Assembly: GCA_030648835.1 (NCBI GenBank)
Contig: JAUSGT010000002.1
Coordinates: 565,458-629,457 of the forward strand
DNA from: Candidatus Moraniibacteriota bacterium
GTDB lineage: Bacteria; Patescibacteriota; Minisyncoccia; Moranbacterales; UBA1568
Direction: 5' to 3'
Length of the DNA stretch: 64,000 nt
The notes under the pieces are model-generated. The model searched no databases and was not told the origin of the DNA. It was given only the letters and a program-made list of their open reading frames with translations. Below, piece by piece: positions 36,680 through 47,163 of the stretch. The translations under genes and the position numbers were made by a program. Position 1 is the first letter of the stretch; every line of letters begins with the position of its first letter.

Positions 36680-36774
36680 AGTGAAGTATTATGTATTTTG
36701 TATTACGTATTATGCGGATACGTTTGCAAAGCTCGTAATTCATACATAATACATGATACCTGATACAAATCCGT

Positions 36775-38187
36775 ATGCAATTCTACAACACTCTCACAAA
36801 ATCGAAAGAAATCTTCGAACCTCTCCATCCCGGCAAAGTCGGGATGTATGTTTGTGGTCCGACGGTCTACGGGTATATGCAGATTGGCAATATCCGCGCC
36901 TACGTATTTGCCGATACGCTCCGCCGTGTATTGGAAGATGCTAGTTATGAAGTACGCATGATCAAAAATATCACCGACGTTGGGCATCTGACAGCAGACG
37001 ACATCGGGCAAGGCGATAGTGGTGAAGACAAGATAGAAAAAAAGGCGCGCGCAGAAAAGAAAACACCCGAAGAAATCACTCGCTTTTATGAAGAATATTT
37101 CATGCGTTTGGAAAAAGCGCTCAATATATTTCCCGCTCATTATTTTCCTCGCGCTACCGCCCACATCAAACAAATGATCAAATTGATCGAGGAGCTTATC
37201 GCGAAAGGGCACGCTTATGAAAAAAATGGTAATGTGTTTCTTGACGTCACTTCTTTCCCAAACTACGGTAAACTTTCCGGCAACACTCTGGCAAACCTGA
37301 AAGTAGGTGCCCGCCTCGAAGAACACCCCGATAAGCTACATCCCTGGGACTTCGCGCTCTGGCTCAGGGCATCCAAGGAACACCTGATGCGCTGGCCCTC
37401 ACCCTGGAGCGAGGGCTATCCCGGCTGGCATATCGAATGCAGCGCTATGAGTATGGAATACCTCGGCGATACGCTCGATATCCACACGGGTGGCGAAGAC
37501 AACATCTTCCCTCACCACGAAGCGGAAATCGTCCAGTCCGAGGGAGTCACCGGCAAACCATTCGTCCGCTACTGGCTCCATACCCGCCACCTCCTGGTGG
37601 ACGGAGAAAAAATGGGCAAATCCAAAGGCAACTTTTATGTGCTGGAAGATATCATGAAGAAAGGCTTTTTTCCCATGGATTTGCGCATGCTCTACATCGG
37701 CGCTCACTACCGCAGTCAGATGAACTTTACCTGGGAGGCGCTGGAACAGGCAAAAAAAAGCAAAGAAGCTCTCTACGGAATTGGAGAGCGTCTCGAGAGC
37801 ATCTCGAAGGAACAAAACAAGCCGGGGGCTTTCGCAGGAGAGGAGTATTTGAAGAAAGTGAGGGAAGCAATGCGCGACGATTTGAATACACCACTGGCGT
37901 TGGCTATCACCTTTGAATTGATAAAAAAAATAAACACCCTACTCGATCAGAAAGAAACAGTGGATGTCACAGTACTCGGTCTCGTCTTCGAAAAGATATT
38001 CTTTTTCTTTGGCTTGGTATCGGAAAAAGAAGCTATTCCGGAAGACGTGGAAAATCTTGCCAAAGAGCGTGAAGCAGCGCGTCAAGCCAAAAATTTTGCG
38101 GAGTCCGATCGTCTGCGCGATTTGATCGAAAAACGCGGCTACAAAACAGAGGATGCTCCCGATGGTTACCGACTTAAAAGGCTCTAA
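36775..38187 (+). CDS. cysS: Cysteine--tRNA ligase
   Basis: [16 protein letters not shown] (HIGH region), Cys-binding CSAMS...[13 protein letters not shown] (KMSKS). Confidence 0.85.
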   Translation: MQFYNTLTKSKEIFEPLHPGKVGMYVCGPTVYGYMQIGNIRAYVFADTLRRVLEDASYEVRMIKNITDVGHLTADDIGQGDSGEDKIEKKARAEKKTPEEITRFYEEYFMRLEKALNIFPAHYFPRATAHIKQMIKLIEELIAKGHAYEKNGNVFLDVTSFPNYGKLSGNTLANLKVGARLEEHPDKLHPWDFALWLRASKEHLMRWPSPWSEGYPGWHIECSAMSMEYLGDTLDIHTGGEDNIFPHHEAEIVQSEGVTGKPFVRYWLHTRHLLVDGEKMGKSKGNFYVLEDIMKKGFFPMDLRMLYIGAHYRSQMNFTWEALEQAKKSKEALYGIGERLESISKEQNKPGAFAGEEYLKKVREAMRDDLNTPLALAITFELIKKINTLLDQKETVDVTVLGLVFEKIFFFFGLVSEKEAIPEDVENLAKEREAARQAKNFAESDRLRDLIEKRGYKTEDAPDGYRLKRL

Positions 38188-38286
38188 TAAGCCAATATTA
38201 TAAAGTCTTAAGCCCTTTATCGGTATATTTCAACCACCCTGAAGTGAGGGGCTTGTGTTGTGTATAGAATGTGCATAGAATCGGGG

Positions 38287-38315
38287 TTGAAGTTCTCCTC
38301 CCCTTTCAGTATAAT
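38287..38315 (+). promoter_or_regulatory. Putative promoter of dnaB
   Basis: TTGAAG, 17-nt spacer, TATAAT. Confidence 0.4.
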
Positions 38316-38352
38316 GAAATTTGCACTTCGTAATTCAGATTCGAAAAAAATA

Positions 38353-39708
38353 ATGGCCAAAGCGACCGACCATCTCCGCGTTCCTCCGCATAATCTCGAA
38401 GCTGAAACTTCGGTGCTCGGTTCTTTGATGCTGGATAAGGATGCCGTTATCAAAATTGCCGACCTGCTCAAAGTCGGTGATTTTTATAAAGATGATCACA
38501 ATGTGATTTATGAAACGATGCTCGCTCTCTACGAAGATCGTGAGCCGATTGATGTCCTCTCACTCGCCAACAAGCTGGAAGAGCAAGGCAAGCTGGAACA
38601 AGTGGGTGGATCGAATTACCTCGCCTCCCTCGTCAATTCCGTCCCTTCCGCTTCGAACGTCGTTCATTACGCCAAAGTAGTCCAGAAAAAAGTCCTCCTC
38701 CGTCGCCTCATTGGCGCCGCGAGCGCCATCGTCGAAATGGGGTATGATGAATCCGAAGATGTCCAAAAAATTCTCGACGAAGCCGAACAGAAAGTGTTTG
38801 CCGTTTCCCAAAAATACATCAAGCAGGATTTTGTCCCCATCAAATCCATCCTCGAACTCGCCTTCAATCGCATCGACGAACTGCACAAAAGCGATCACGC
38901 CTTCCGCGGCGTACAGACCCATTTTCCGGACATCGACAATCTCTTGGCCGGACTCCAGAAATCCGATCTCATCATCCTGGCCGCTCGCCCATCGGTAGGC
39001 AAAACGGCTCTTGCTCTCGACATCGCCAGGCAGATCGGTGTTCATTCCAAAGTGCCGGTAGGAGTCTTCTCTCTGGAAATGTCCTCTGATCAGCTCGTGG
39101 ATCGTATGATTGCCGCGGAAGCCGGGGTCGACCTCTGGCGTTTGCGGACCGGCAAACTCACGAGCGACGGCCCAAATAACGACTTTGAGCGCATTTCTGA
39201 CGCTATGGGTATACTTTCCGAGGCGCCTATCTTTATTGACGATTCCGGTTCGCTCAATATCATGGAAATGCGGACTATGGCAAGACGGCTCCAAGCCGAG
39301 CACAACCTCGGTCTGATTATCGTCGACTACCTCCAATTGATGGAAGGTCGCAGTCGCACGGGTGATAATCGCGTCCAAGAAATATCGGAGATTTCCCGTG
39401 GGTTGAAACAACTGGCTCGCGAACTCAATATTCCGGTGCTGGCCCTCTCGCAATTGTCTCGAGCCGTAGAATCTCGTCCGGATCAAATACCGAGGCTCTC
39501 CGACTTGCGCGAATCCGGATCGATTGAACAGGATGCCGACGTGGTGATGTTCCTCTACCGTGAGGACCGCGTAAAACCGGACACTCCAAATAAGAATGTC
39601 GCCGATATCATCGTCGCCAAACACAGAAACGGCCCTGTCGGCAAAGTTCAATTGTATTTTGAAGAAAATTCCACCACGTTCAAATCCCTGGAGAAGATTC
39701 ATTCGTAG
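38353..39708 (+). CDS. dnaB: Replicative DNA helicase DnaB
   Basis: N-terminal PHNLEAETSVLGSLM, Walker A ARPSVGKT, RecA-like C-domain. Start set at MAKATDHL. Confidence 0.85.
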   Translation: MAKATDHLRVPPHNLEAETSVLGSLMLDKDAVIKIADLLKVGDFYKDDHNVIYETMLALYEDREPIDVLSLANKLEEQGKLEQVGGSNYLASLVNSVPSASNVVHYAKVVQKKVLLRRLIGAASAIVEMGYDESEDVQKILDEAEQKVFAVSQKYIKQDFVPIKSILELAFNRIDELHKSDHAFRGVQTHFPDIDNLLAGLQKSDLIILAARPSVGKTALALDIARQIGVHSKVPVGVFSLEMSSDQLVDRMIAAEAGVDLWRLRTGKLTSDGPNNDFERISDAMGILSEAPIFIDDSGSLNIMEMRTMARRLQAEHNLGLIIVDYLQLMEGRSRTGDNRVQEISEISRGLKQLARELNIPVLALSQLSRAVESRPDQIPRLSDLRESGSIEQDADVVMFLYREDRVKPDTPNKNVADIIVAKHRNGPVGKVQLYFEENSTTFKSLEKIHS

Positions 39709-39821
39709 ACCTTCAATTTCAAATATCTAATAACTAATACCAAATCAATATTTAATACTGCAATACCTAAATTTTTCCTGCTTACTTCTTCATTAGGTAT
39801 TAGATATTAGGCATTTCAAAT

Positions 39822-40418
39822 ATGCATTACCCCAAAGTTTTTCAATCCTTGATCGCGCATTTTTCCGGCCTTCCCTCTGTCGGTCCCAAAATGGCCGAAC
39901 GCATTGTACTTTACCTCTTCAAACAGGATGAAGAAAAACTCCAGAGCTTCGCGGAAAGCCTTGAGGCGCTCCACCATCTGAAGAGCTGTACCCGTTGTTT
40001 CCACATCGCCGAGGGAGAGCTCTGTTTTATCTGCGCTGATACCAAACGTATCCAAAACACGCTCTGTCTTGTCGAAGAACCTCTCGATGTCATCGCCATC
40101 GAACGCACCGGCGCGTATCAGGGGCTCTATCACGTCTTGGGAGGTCTGCTCGAAAGCGGCAAAAGTGACAACAGTCAGAACCTCCGTATCAACGAACTTC
40201 TGAATCGAGTGGAAAATGACGGCATCCAAGAAGTCATTTTGGCTACCAACCCCACGACCGAAGGCGACCTGACCGCTCTCTATCTGAAAAAGAAGCTGGA
40301 GCCCTATAAAATCAAAGTCACTCGTATCGGACGCGGTATGGCGACCGGCGGCGATATCGAATACGCTGATGAACTCACTTTGGTCTCCTCCTTGACAAAT
40401 CGTAAGGAACTGGTATAA
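39822..40418 (+). CDS. recR: Recombination protein RecR
   Basis: HhH, C4 zinc finger (CTRCFHIAEGELCFICAD), Toprim domain. Confidence 0.85.
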   Translation: MHYPKVFQSLIAHFSGLPSVGPKMAERIVLYLFKQDEEKLQSFAESLEALHHLKSCTRCFHIAEGELCFICADTKRIQNTLCLVEEPLDVIAIERTGAYQGLYHVLGGLLESGKSDNSQNLRINELLNRVENDGIQEVILATNPTTEGDLTALYLKKKLEPYKIKVTRIGRGMATGGDIEYADELTLVSSLTNRKELV

Positions 40419-40445
40419 TGTATCCATTAGCCAGTACCTTAAGTT

Positions 40446-40466
40446 AACGAGCGTCAAGCTCGTTTT
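40446..40466 (+). terminator. Rho-independent terminator after recR
   Basis: ACGAGC-GTCAA-GCTCGT followed by TTTTT. Confidence 0.5.
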
Positions 40467-40494
40467 TCATTAATCATAAACCAGGAGGATGAAA

Positions 40495-40764
40495 ATGGGA
40501 GGAATTTTAACGAATGGGAAGCTGCTGGATACACCGCATGTGCCATCTACTCCTGAAGAAATTGCCACTGCGAATACGATACGCGAAGAAAAGACCGCTA
40601 CATGCGTCAACCTCAGCCTCTCGGATCTGCCGAAAGCTTATTGGGGCTTCCTCGGACCGAAAGCAAGCGGAGTCCTCGGTGGTCATCCGGATCCGGAATA
40701 TGTCTCAGCTCTGGAAAAGCAATTGCCAGAGCAAGAAGACTTGACCGGCTTGTCGCTCGCCTAA
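40495..40764 (+). CDS. Hypothetical protein
   Basis: AGGAGG lies 6 nt upstream of the ATG. 89-aa ORF with no recognisable domain. Confidence 0.35.
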   Translation: MGGILTNGKLLDTPHVPSTPEEIATANTIREEKTATCVNLSLSDLPKAYWGFLGPKASGVLGGHPDPEYVSALEKQLPEQEDLTGLSLA

Positions 40765-40942
40765 CCCAGAACGTAGAAAGCCCGCGGAGATGAATCTTCT
40801 CTCCCTGGGCTTTTGAATTTTTAGAGAATAATTTTTGGAGATTTCTTTAAGTTCATTCATTCGTATTTTTATATTCTAGTATTTTGCAAAATACTAGATA
40901 TAGAATACCTTAGTTTCAAATTGGAAAAAGTGTCATAAAAAA

Positions 40943-40962
40943 ACGGGCCCAATGCCCGTTTT
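40943..40962 (-). terminator. Rho-independent terminator after rplU
   Basis: ACGGGC-CCAAT-GCCCGT flanked by A/T runs. Confidence 0.55.
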
Positions 40963-40964
40963 GA

Positions 40965-41276
40965 TTATTTCACTGAAATCTTGGTAATCTCCACCTCCGT
41001 GTACGCCTGGCGATGGCCATAACGGACGAGATAGCGTTTCTTGGCCTTGTGTTTGATACCTTTGACTTTGTCGTGGCGTTCTTGCGCCAGCACCTTACCT
41101 TCCACAATTGCCTTCTCCAAAACCGGTTCACCGATATGGACAGACTTTTCATCGCCGGCAAAAAGCACTTCAAACTTTACGGTGTCACCGACTGACTGAT
41201 CAAGCTTCTCAATCTTCACTTTCTGACCCTTGGAAACCTTGTACTGCTTTCCGCCAGTTCTGATAATCGCGAGCAT
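40965..41276 (-). CDS. rplU: 50S ribosomal protein L21
   Basis: MLAIIRTGGKQYKVSKGQKVKIEKL... canonical bL21. Confidence 0.85.
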   Translation of the reverse strand: MLAIIRTGGKQYKVSKGQKVKIEKLDQSVGDTVKFEVLFAGDEKSVHIGEPVLEKAIVEGKVLAQERHDKVKGIKHKAKKRYLVRYGHRQAYTEVEITKISVK

Positions 41277-41345
41277 ATCTATAGAAATATCGACTTATTT
41301 AACCTACTTATCGTATACTATTCCCCTGTAACTGTCAACAAAAGA

Positions 41346-43223
41346 TTATTCCAGAATCGCCTTGATCCTTCTCACACCGGCTGAAGACGCCTCTTCTTTG
41401 ATGATCCTGAATGTCCCCTGTATATTCCCCGTGTTGGCAACGTGGGGGCCACCACACAGTTCTTGGGAGTAAACGGTGCCATCATCTGCCTTCACTGTAT
41501 ATACCGTGACCTTATCCGGATACTTTTCCCAGAAACTGCCTTCGACACCGGCTTCTTTGGCTGTGTTTTTTTCCATCACTTCCGTTGTCATAGAGCACTT
41601 CTTGGCGATGACTTCATTGACATAGGCCTCCACCTTATCGAGTATCTCACGACTCACCTTCTCTTGGTGCGTAAAGTCGAACCGAGTCCGTTCTTCGGTG
41701 ATATTGGATCCGGCCTGATGGACATCCTGACCCAGATATTTTCTGAGACCCGCCAGCATAAGATGCGTCGTTGTATGGAGCATCGTGGTCTTCTCGCTGT
41801 GATCGGCCAAGCCTCCCTTGAACTTCCCGGCGCTCGCGGTCCGAGAGAGCTCTTGATGTTTTGCGAATTCAGCCTTGAACTCTCCCCGCTCTATCACAAT
41901 TCCTTTTTCCTTCGCGATCTCCTCGGTCATTTCCAACGGAAAACCATACGTGGAGAATAATTCAAAAGCATCCTTGCCGGTCACATTTCTTTTTTCTATT
42001 CTTCCTTCCAACTCCTTGAGCCCCTTATCGAGAGTCTTTCTGAATTTTTCTTCCTCTTCCACAAGCGCCTTGTAAACAAATGTTTGTTTCTCACCCAATA
42101 CCGAGTAGGTTGTTTTATAGTATTCGACAAATCCCTGCGCGACAGCCCCCACGAAGTTCTCGGAAATTGCAAGTTCTTTGCCGAAACGGATCGACCGCCG
42201 GATAAGACGGCGCACAAAATACCCCTGATCCTTATTCGAAGGCAAAACATTATCTCCAATAAGAAACGTCGCTGCCCGGATATGGTCCAGGATTACCCGC
42301 ATCGCAAATGTCTCTTTCTCTTCCTCACCGTACTTCTTCCCTGAGATTTTTTCCAACTCTTCCTTGGCGTGCTGAAAGGCATCCATATAAAAAACATCCG
42401 GACTGTTATTTGCTGCCGCCCACAACCGCTCCAACCCGCCGCCAAAATCAACATTTTTTTGCTTGAGTTCTTCGAAACCCTGTTGAGTTTTCCGATACTG
42501 CATAAAAACATTATTGCCAATTTCCATAAACCGACCGCAATCGCAATTCACATGGCAAAATTTTCCGGTATGGGGAGTATCGGGGACGCAAGCATCACCG
42601 AGCTCCGGGTAAAAATCAAAAAACATTTCCGTATCCGGTCCGCCCGGCTCCCCTTCCGGCATATTGCCGGGAGTACCCACCCGACTCCACCAGTTTTTCG
42701 TTTCGTCGTAATAAAAAATCCGTCCGCCTTGCATACCATCTCGTTCCGGAAAATCAACGATCTTCGCATCTACCTTTACCGAAGCAAAAAGTTTCTGCCA
42801 CAGTTCTGCGGATTCGATATCTTTTGACACACCCAAACTCTCATTGCCGCGAAAACAGGTGAAATACAAACGCTTGGGATCAATATGTAGCTCCCCTGTG
42901 AGAAATTCCCACATCCAAGCAATCTGTTCCTGTTTGAAATAATCGCCAAATGACCAATTACCGAGCATTTCGAAAAACGTGGTATGGCGGTTATCTCCTA
43001 CTTCTTCAATATCACCTGACCGAAAACATTTTTGTGAATCGGCGACGCGGGTCCCGAGCGGATGCTTTTCTCCCAGAAAAAAAGGCAACATAGGCTGCAT
43101 CCCCGAACCGGTAAAAAGCGTTGTCGGATCGTTCTCCGGAACAAGCAAAGCGGAAGGGACAATTTTGTGTCCCTTTGCGGAAAAATATTTCAAATAAGCT
43201 GTTCTGATATCGTTCGTGTGCAT
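41346..43223 (-). CDS. alaS: Alanine--tRNA ligase (short form lacking C-Ala domain)
   Basis: Class II catalytic core (FTGSGMQPM, WSFGDY), tRNA-recognition and editing-like (HTTTHLM) regions. 625 aa. Confidence 0.8.
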   Translation of the reverse strand: MHTNDIRTAYLKYFSAKGHKIVPSALLVPENDPTTLFTGSGMQPMLPFFLGEKHPLGTRVADSQKCFRSGDIEEVGDNRHTTFFEMLGNWSFGDYFKQEQIAWMWEFLTGELHIDPKRLYFTCFRGNESLGVSKDIESAELWQKLFASVKVDAKIVDFPERDGMQGGRIFYYDETKNWWSRVGTPGNMPEGEPGGPDTEMFFDFYPELGDACVPDTPHTGKFCHVNCDCGRFMEIGNNVFMQYRKTQQGFEELKQKNVDFGGGLERLWAAANNSPDVFYMDAFQHAKEELEKISGKKYGEEEKETFAMRVILDHIRAATFLIGDNVLPSNKDQGYFVRRLIRRSIRFGKELAISENFVGAVAQGFVEYYKTTYSVLGEKQTFVYKALVEEEEKFRKTLDKGLKELEGRIEKRNVTGKDAFELFSTYGFPLEMTEEIAKEKGIVIERGEFKAEFAKHQELSRTASAGKFKGGLADHSEKTTMLHTTTHLMLAGLRKYLGQDVHQAGSNITEERTRFDFTHQEKVSREILDKVEAYVNEVIAKKCSMTTEVMEKNTAKEAGVEGSFWEKYPDKVTVYTVKADDGTVYSQELCGGPHVANTGNIQGTFRIIKEEASSAGVRRIKAILE

Positions 43224-43244
43224 ACCCCTTCCATCTCAAAGTAA

Positions 43245-43472
43245 TTAACTGCGCTCCAAACGTTTTTCGATTTCATCATAATCATGACGATCGATCTTGA
43301 AGTTATCGGCAAAAAGAGACTGTAACGCCGCGATGGCACCGGCGATGTCGGTTTTCCCGACGCTATACTCTCGGGCAAGCGCGTTCAGCTTGGCATCACC
43401 AAAACTGGACAAAGGTGCTTCTTTTACCGTTATCACAGCACGGACTATTCCTTTGAATTTTTCCGGAGTCAT
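43245..43472 (-). CDS. Hypothetical protein
   Basis: 75-aa ORF between the coiled-coil gene and alaS. No recognisable domain. Confidence 0.3.
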   Translation of the reverse strand: MTPEKFKGIVRAVITVKEAPLSSFGDAKLNALAREYSVGKTDIAGAIAALQSLFADNFKIDRHDYDEIEKRLERS

Positions 43473-43494
43473 ACTCTTTCCTTCATTAAAGAAT

Positions 43495-43758
43495 TTAGGA
43501 CTTTTTCATCCGCTTGATCTCCTCATCCATAAGTTCCATTTCCCGTTCCAACGAATGGAGAGCGGCCTCTTTTTCCACCACATTCACCTTGAGACGGGAA
43601 AATTCCGCTTTCATACGATACACCTCTGCCTGCAAATCGTTTTTTCTCCGTTCCAGACGGCTTCTATCGGATTGGAGCGAAAAAAGAGTGGACTGCAAAC
43701 GCCGGTTTTCCGTTTGACGGCGTGCTTCTTCTTCCGCTGTGGATGAATCATTTTTCAT
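43495..43758 (-). CDS. Hypothetical coiled-coil protein
   Basis: approx 87 aa, heptad-rich Arg/Glu/Leu sequence. Start set at MKNDSS. Confidence 0.35.
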   Translation of the reverse strand: MKNDSSTAEEEARRQTENRRLQSTLFSLQSDRSRLERRKNDLQAEVYRMKAEFSRLKVNVVEKEAALHSLEREMELMDEEIKRMKKS

Positions 43759-43822
43759 AAGCGTATCGGGCCTAACAAGAAGAAAGTCTATCAAATATAT
43801 ATACCGGCCGCAAGATGCCCCT

Positions 43823-45742
43823 CTATTCCATTTTCTCACCCGGTTCAAGAAGGACAAACACCCGTTCACGAGAATCCGGAATACTCCTCATAAATAACTG
43901 CGGATGAAAAATCACTTTTATTGTTTTCACTTCCGGAAAACTGTCGAGTACCTGCTTGATACCTTCTTCGCTCTTTCCCAGAAGCGCCTCGCGCAAACTA
44001 TCGCGATCGACATCCGATTCCATCGTAAGAAGCGCGCGCGCCCTCAAACGAAGCGTCCCTTCGGAAAAATTCGGCATGGAATCACTGTAAGTGATATCCG
44101 AAGATATCGGCTTGAATTTGATTCCCTGCAGATTTTTTTCACCCGCGGCTTCAGCCTTCTCTTTGACGGTTTTTTCGGAGAAAACAAACACCCGCACCTT
44201 GAAAGTGGCTTTGTAATCAAAGGCACTGGCTGCCGTGCCAACCGTCGGCATCGCGACCGGAGCCAAGAGCACCGTCTCTACCTGTTCATCGAGCGCTCTC
44301 TCATTCGGCAATAGTTCGCCGCGTATTTCACTTAAAAAATCATCTTTCACTTTTTCTTTGGCTTCGCGCTCGGCTGTTTCGAGATCAACTTTGGCAACAA
44401 CGGCCACATCCGATACTCCGCCACTCCCGCCTCCCGTCATCGTTTTGGTCGATCGGGCAGAAAAAGCGGTATACTTCGTTCCACCTTTGAAACCGGGAAT
44501 AGTAAATGACGTTGCGTCAATATTGTATTCCGCACCCGCCTGGTCAGCCACCACACTGGCTTCAATGGCTCCCGGCTCTTTTTTGCCGCCACTATTCGTC
44601 ATCCCCGGAACCACCACGCCGCTCGTCAGACGAAAAAGTTTACCGTCTGTGGTTTCCAAACGAGTTGTCGCAACCAGAGATTGCGACTCAGCACTGTAGT
44701 TATTGTAAATAACCACTGTTCCACGAGCTTTTTGATTCGTCCCTCCTGACTTACCGGTTGTGACAAAAGTCAAAGCAACTTCTTTTTCCTTTTCAAGAAT
44801 GCGTACGGGGAGAATCCCGTCATCGGCAACGAAAACATCGGATCGTCCATCCATTTCTATCTCCGTCGTTTGTGTGATCGCGTACGGCGTCACCTGAATT
44901 TCCGCTTTGGGAAGGAAGAAAAAGAGCACGACACTGACAAGGGACAAGAGTGATATGCCACCCAAGATGAAAAATATTTTGTGCGCCTTCTTACCGGCGA
45001 TCGGTACTGTCCCTCTTCCCAAATCTTTTTTTGGAGCGGGCGCAACAGTCACTTTTGGAACATTACTATAAAAATTTTTCAAACGTTCATCGCGTGGTTG
45101 CTCTTGCGGTTGCGGTATGCCGTATGGTTCCGCGGCAAACGCCCGGGCGGAAGAAAGCGGTGGCGAAGAAACAACCGCCGGCTCGGTCTCTTTGAGCGGT
45201 ATGCGTATCGCTTGCGGCGCCAGGCTTACTCCTTCAAAACGTTTGGAGTTCAAACTGGTAAGCTTCGGTGGCGTTATATTACGGACGCGCAGCGTAGAAA
45301 CCGGCGTCTCCACAGCAGACGGCAACGGTTCGTTTTTCGTCTGTGGCGCGGATTCTGTGGCATAAAAATTGCTGCTGCCGATAGCGTCAGAGCGAAGCGC
45401 CCCCGATATAACCGGTTTTGCGATTGACTCCAGCGGGACATTTTTTTCTTGGGCGGTAAGTTCCAGATGCGCCGCTTTCTTGGAAAAATCTTCCGAATAG
45501 CTTTCCGTTTCGATCCCGGCTTTCAGAGCCAGCATCTTCCCTACCTCGTCTTGGCTGACAATAACAATCTTTTTTCCCAGCTTCTCCGCCTCGCGCTGGA
45601 AAAGACGAAGATTGATGATACTCTGGAGCACCAAGGCGCGTTTGGGAAAAACGAAAATATTTTTTTCCGCGGAAGATTTGCGTAGTCGTCCGATGACGGA
45701 AATAATTTCTTCATCAGATTCGATATAAAAAGTCTGTGGCAT
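43823..45742 (-). CDS. Hypothetical bitopic membrane protein downstream of ftsA
   Basis: approx 90-aa N-terminal cytoplasmic domain, Pro/Ser-rich linker, one TM helix (IFFILGGISLLSLVSVVLFFFL), approx 370-aa extracytoplasmic C-terminal region. Confidence 0.5.
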   Translation of the reverse strand: MPQTFYIESDEEIISVIGRLRKSSAEKNIFVFPKRALVLQSIINLRLFQREAEKLGKKIVIVSQDEVGKMLALKAGIETESYSEDFSKKAAHLELTAQEKNVPLESIAKPVISGALRSDAIGSSNFYATESAPQTKNEPLPSAVETPVSTLRVRNITPPKLTSLNSKRFEGVSLAPQAIRIPLKETEPAVVSSPPLSSARAFAAEPYGIPQPQEQPRDERLKNFYSNVPKVTVAPAPKKDLGRGTVPIAGKKAHKIFFILGGISLLSLVSVVLFFFLPKAEIQVTPYAITQTTEIEMDGRSDVFVADDGILPVRILEKEKEVALTFVTTGKSGGTNQKARGTVVIYNNYSAESQSLVATTRLETTDGKLFRLTSGVVVPGMTNSGGKKEPGAIEASVVADQAGAEYNIDATSFTIPGFKGGTKYTAFSARSTKTMTGGGSGGVSDVAVVAKVDLETAEREAKEKVKDDFLSEIRGELLPNERALDEQVETVLLAPVAMPTVGTAASAFDYKATFKVRVFVFSEKTVKEKAEAAGEKNLQGIKFKPISSDITYSDSMPNFSEGTLRLRARALLTMESDVDRDSLREALLGKSEEGIKQVLDSFPEVKTIKVIFHPQLFMRSIPDSRERVFVLLEPGEKME

Positions 45743-45757
45743 ACTCTTTTATTTATT

Positions 45758-47026
45758 TTAGTTTTTTTCCAAAGATTCCATACTCCGCCGCAAGATACTC
45801 GAAAGCATCTTTTCCTCTTCAATATGGTCGAGAAGCGCGAGATTGGCAAGTCCGATCGGCGTAATGTCTTGGGGATTATTCAGCTCACCGGTCATATCGG
45901 TAATACGGATAATATCGCGCGGTTGGAGAAATCCAACTTGCGGTTGTTTGGAAAACGGTAAACTTTGGGCCCACTCCGGAGAAAGCAACGCCTGTTTGAT
46001 ACCGGGCAAAGCCGAACCGCCTCCGCAAAGAAAAATGCGCGATGGCAAAAGATCGGTTTCCGCGAACTCCAAAAGAGAAAGTTCCACTCCTCCGAGCCAG
46101 ACACGACAGTCATCGGCATAGAGCGCGGCAAGATGTTCTTGATCCTCACCCTTGAGACGGCCATTGGCATAATCAATCTTCATCTGTTCGGCGACATCAA
46201 ACGTCAAGTGAAATTCCTGCGCCAAACGCTTGGTAAAAGCCCGACCGCCGAGCGCAAACATTTTTGTGCCTTCCAAACCACCGTTGCGGACGACGGCGAT
46301 ATCCGTCGTTCCACCACCGACATCGATAAAAATAGCGCTGAAGTCGAGCATATCCTCCACTTCGATAGAACGCGCGACGGCATATGGCTCCGCGGCAATG
46401 GAAAGCAAATCAAGATCAAGTTCATCCGCGATCGTTTGCAAAGCCCCTAAATGAATCATTGGCGCATACGCGTTGAACACACTCATCGATACATCACGCC
46501 CCTGGAAATTCACCGGATTCAAGACATGGTACCCGTCAATACGCACATCAACAATAGTCGCGTTGATGAGCTTCACATCGATATCGTCTTGCCCCGTTTC
46601 CCAAGAGAGTTGACGCTTGATGCGCTGATAGGCTTTTTCTTGGACTTTTTGGATAATCATTTTGAGCTCCGGAATGCTGATATGCATTTCCGGGTTGACC
46701 CGCTCATAGTGCACGGTCGTTGTCGTTCCCTTGACCAATTCACCGGCGATACCGATGATGCTTTTTTCCACTCGCTTCACCCCGGCCTTTTTTTTCGCCA
46801 GAAGAACCGCTTCACGCGAAGACTCGATGACACCTCCGATATCGGACACGGCTCCGCTCTGCATATTGCCTATTTTCTGCGCCACGCGCCCGACCCCTAT
46901 GACTACTCCGCGTTTCTCGACTTGATCAACACGAAAAATAAGAGCCTTGACTACCTCGGTACCTATGTCGAGAGCCAAGATAAGATCCGGATCTCGCTTC
47001 CACGGCAATTTGGAAAAAAATCCCAT
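45758..47026 (-). CDS. ftsA: Cell division protein FtsA
   Basis: Actin-fold motifs LALDIGTEVVKALIF and FIDVGGGTTDIAVV. Confidence 0.8.
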   Translation of the reverse strand: MGFFSKLPWKRDPDLILALDIGTEVVKALIFRVDQVEKRGVVIGVGRVAQKIGNMQSGAVSDIGGVIESSREAVLLAKKKAGVKRVEKSIIGIAGELVKGTTTTVHYERVNPEMHISIPELKMIIQKVQEKAYQRIKRQLSWETGQDDIDVKLINATIVDVRIDGYHVLNPVNFQGRDVSMSVFNAYAPMIHLGALQTIADELDLDLLSIAAEPYAVARSIEVEDMLDFSAIFIDVGGGTTDIAVVRNGGLEGTKMFALGGRAFTKRLAQEFHLTFDVAEQMKIDYANGRLKGEDQEHLAALYADDCRVWLGGVELSLLEFAETDLLPSRIFLCGGGSALPGIKQALLSPEWAQSLPFSKQPQVGFLQPRDIIRITDMTGELNNPQDITPIGLANLALLDHIEEEKMLSSILRRSMESLEKN

Positions 47027-47163
47027 ATCCAGTAGTGAAACTTCGACAACTTTGTTTATATGCTGTAGAAGTTAAGTTAATTTTATGTTTCCTCTTTTGT
47101 TTAACTATCCAGTACCTCTCTTAAATTTCTGTCGAAGTTCTACTACTGGACATACAAAATATT

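Noticed and set aside
38560-39702. 380-aa minus-strand ORF
   Set aside because: Lies entirely antisense to dnaB, which has unambiguous helicase motifs. The sequence is low-complexity with no motifs, so it is a shadow ORF.
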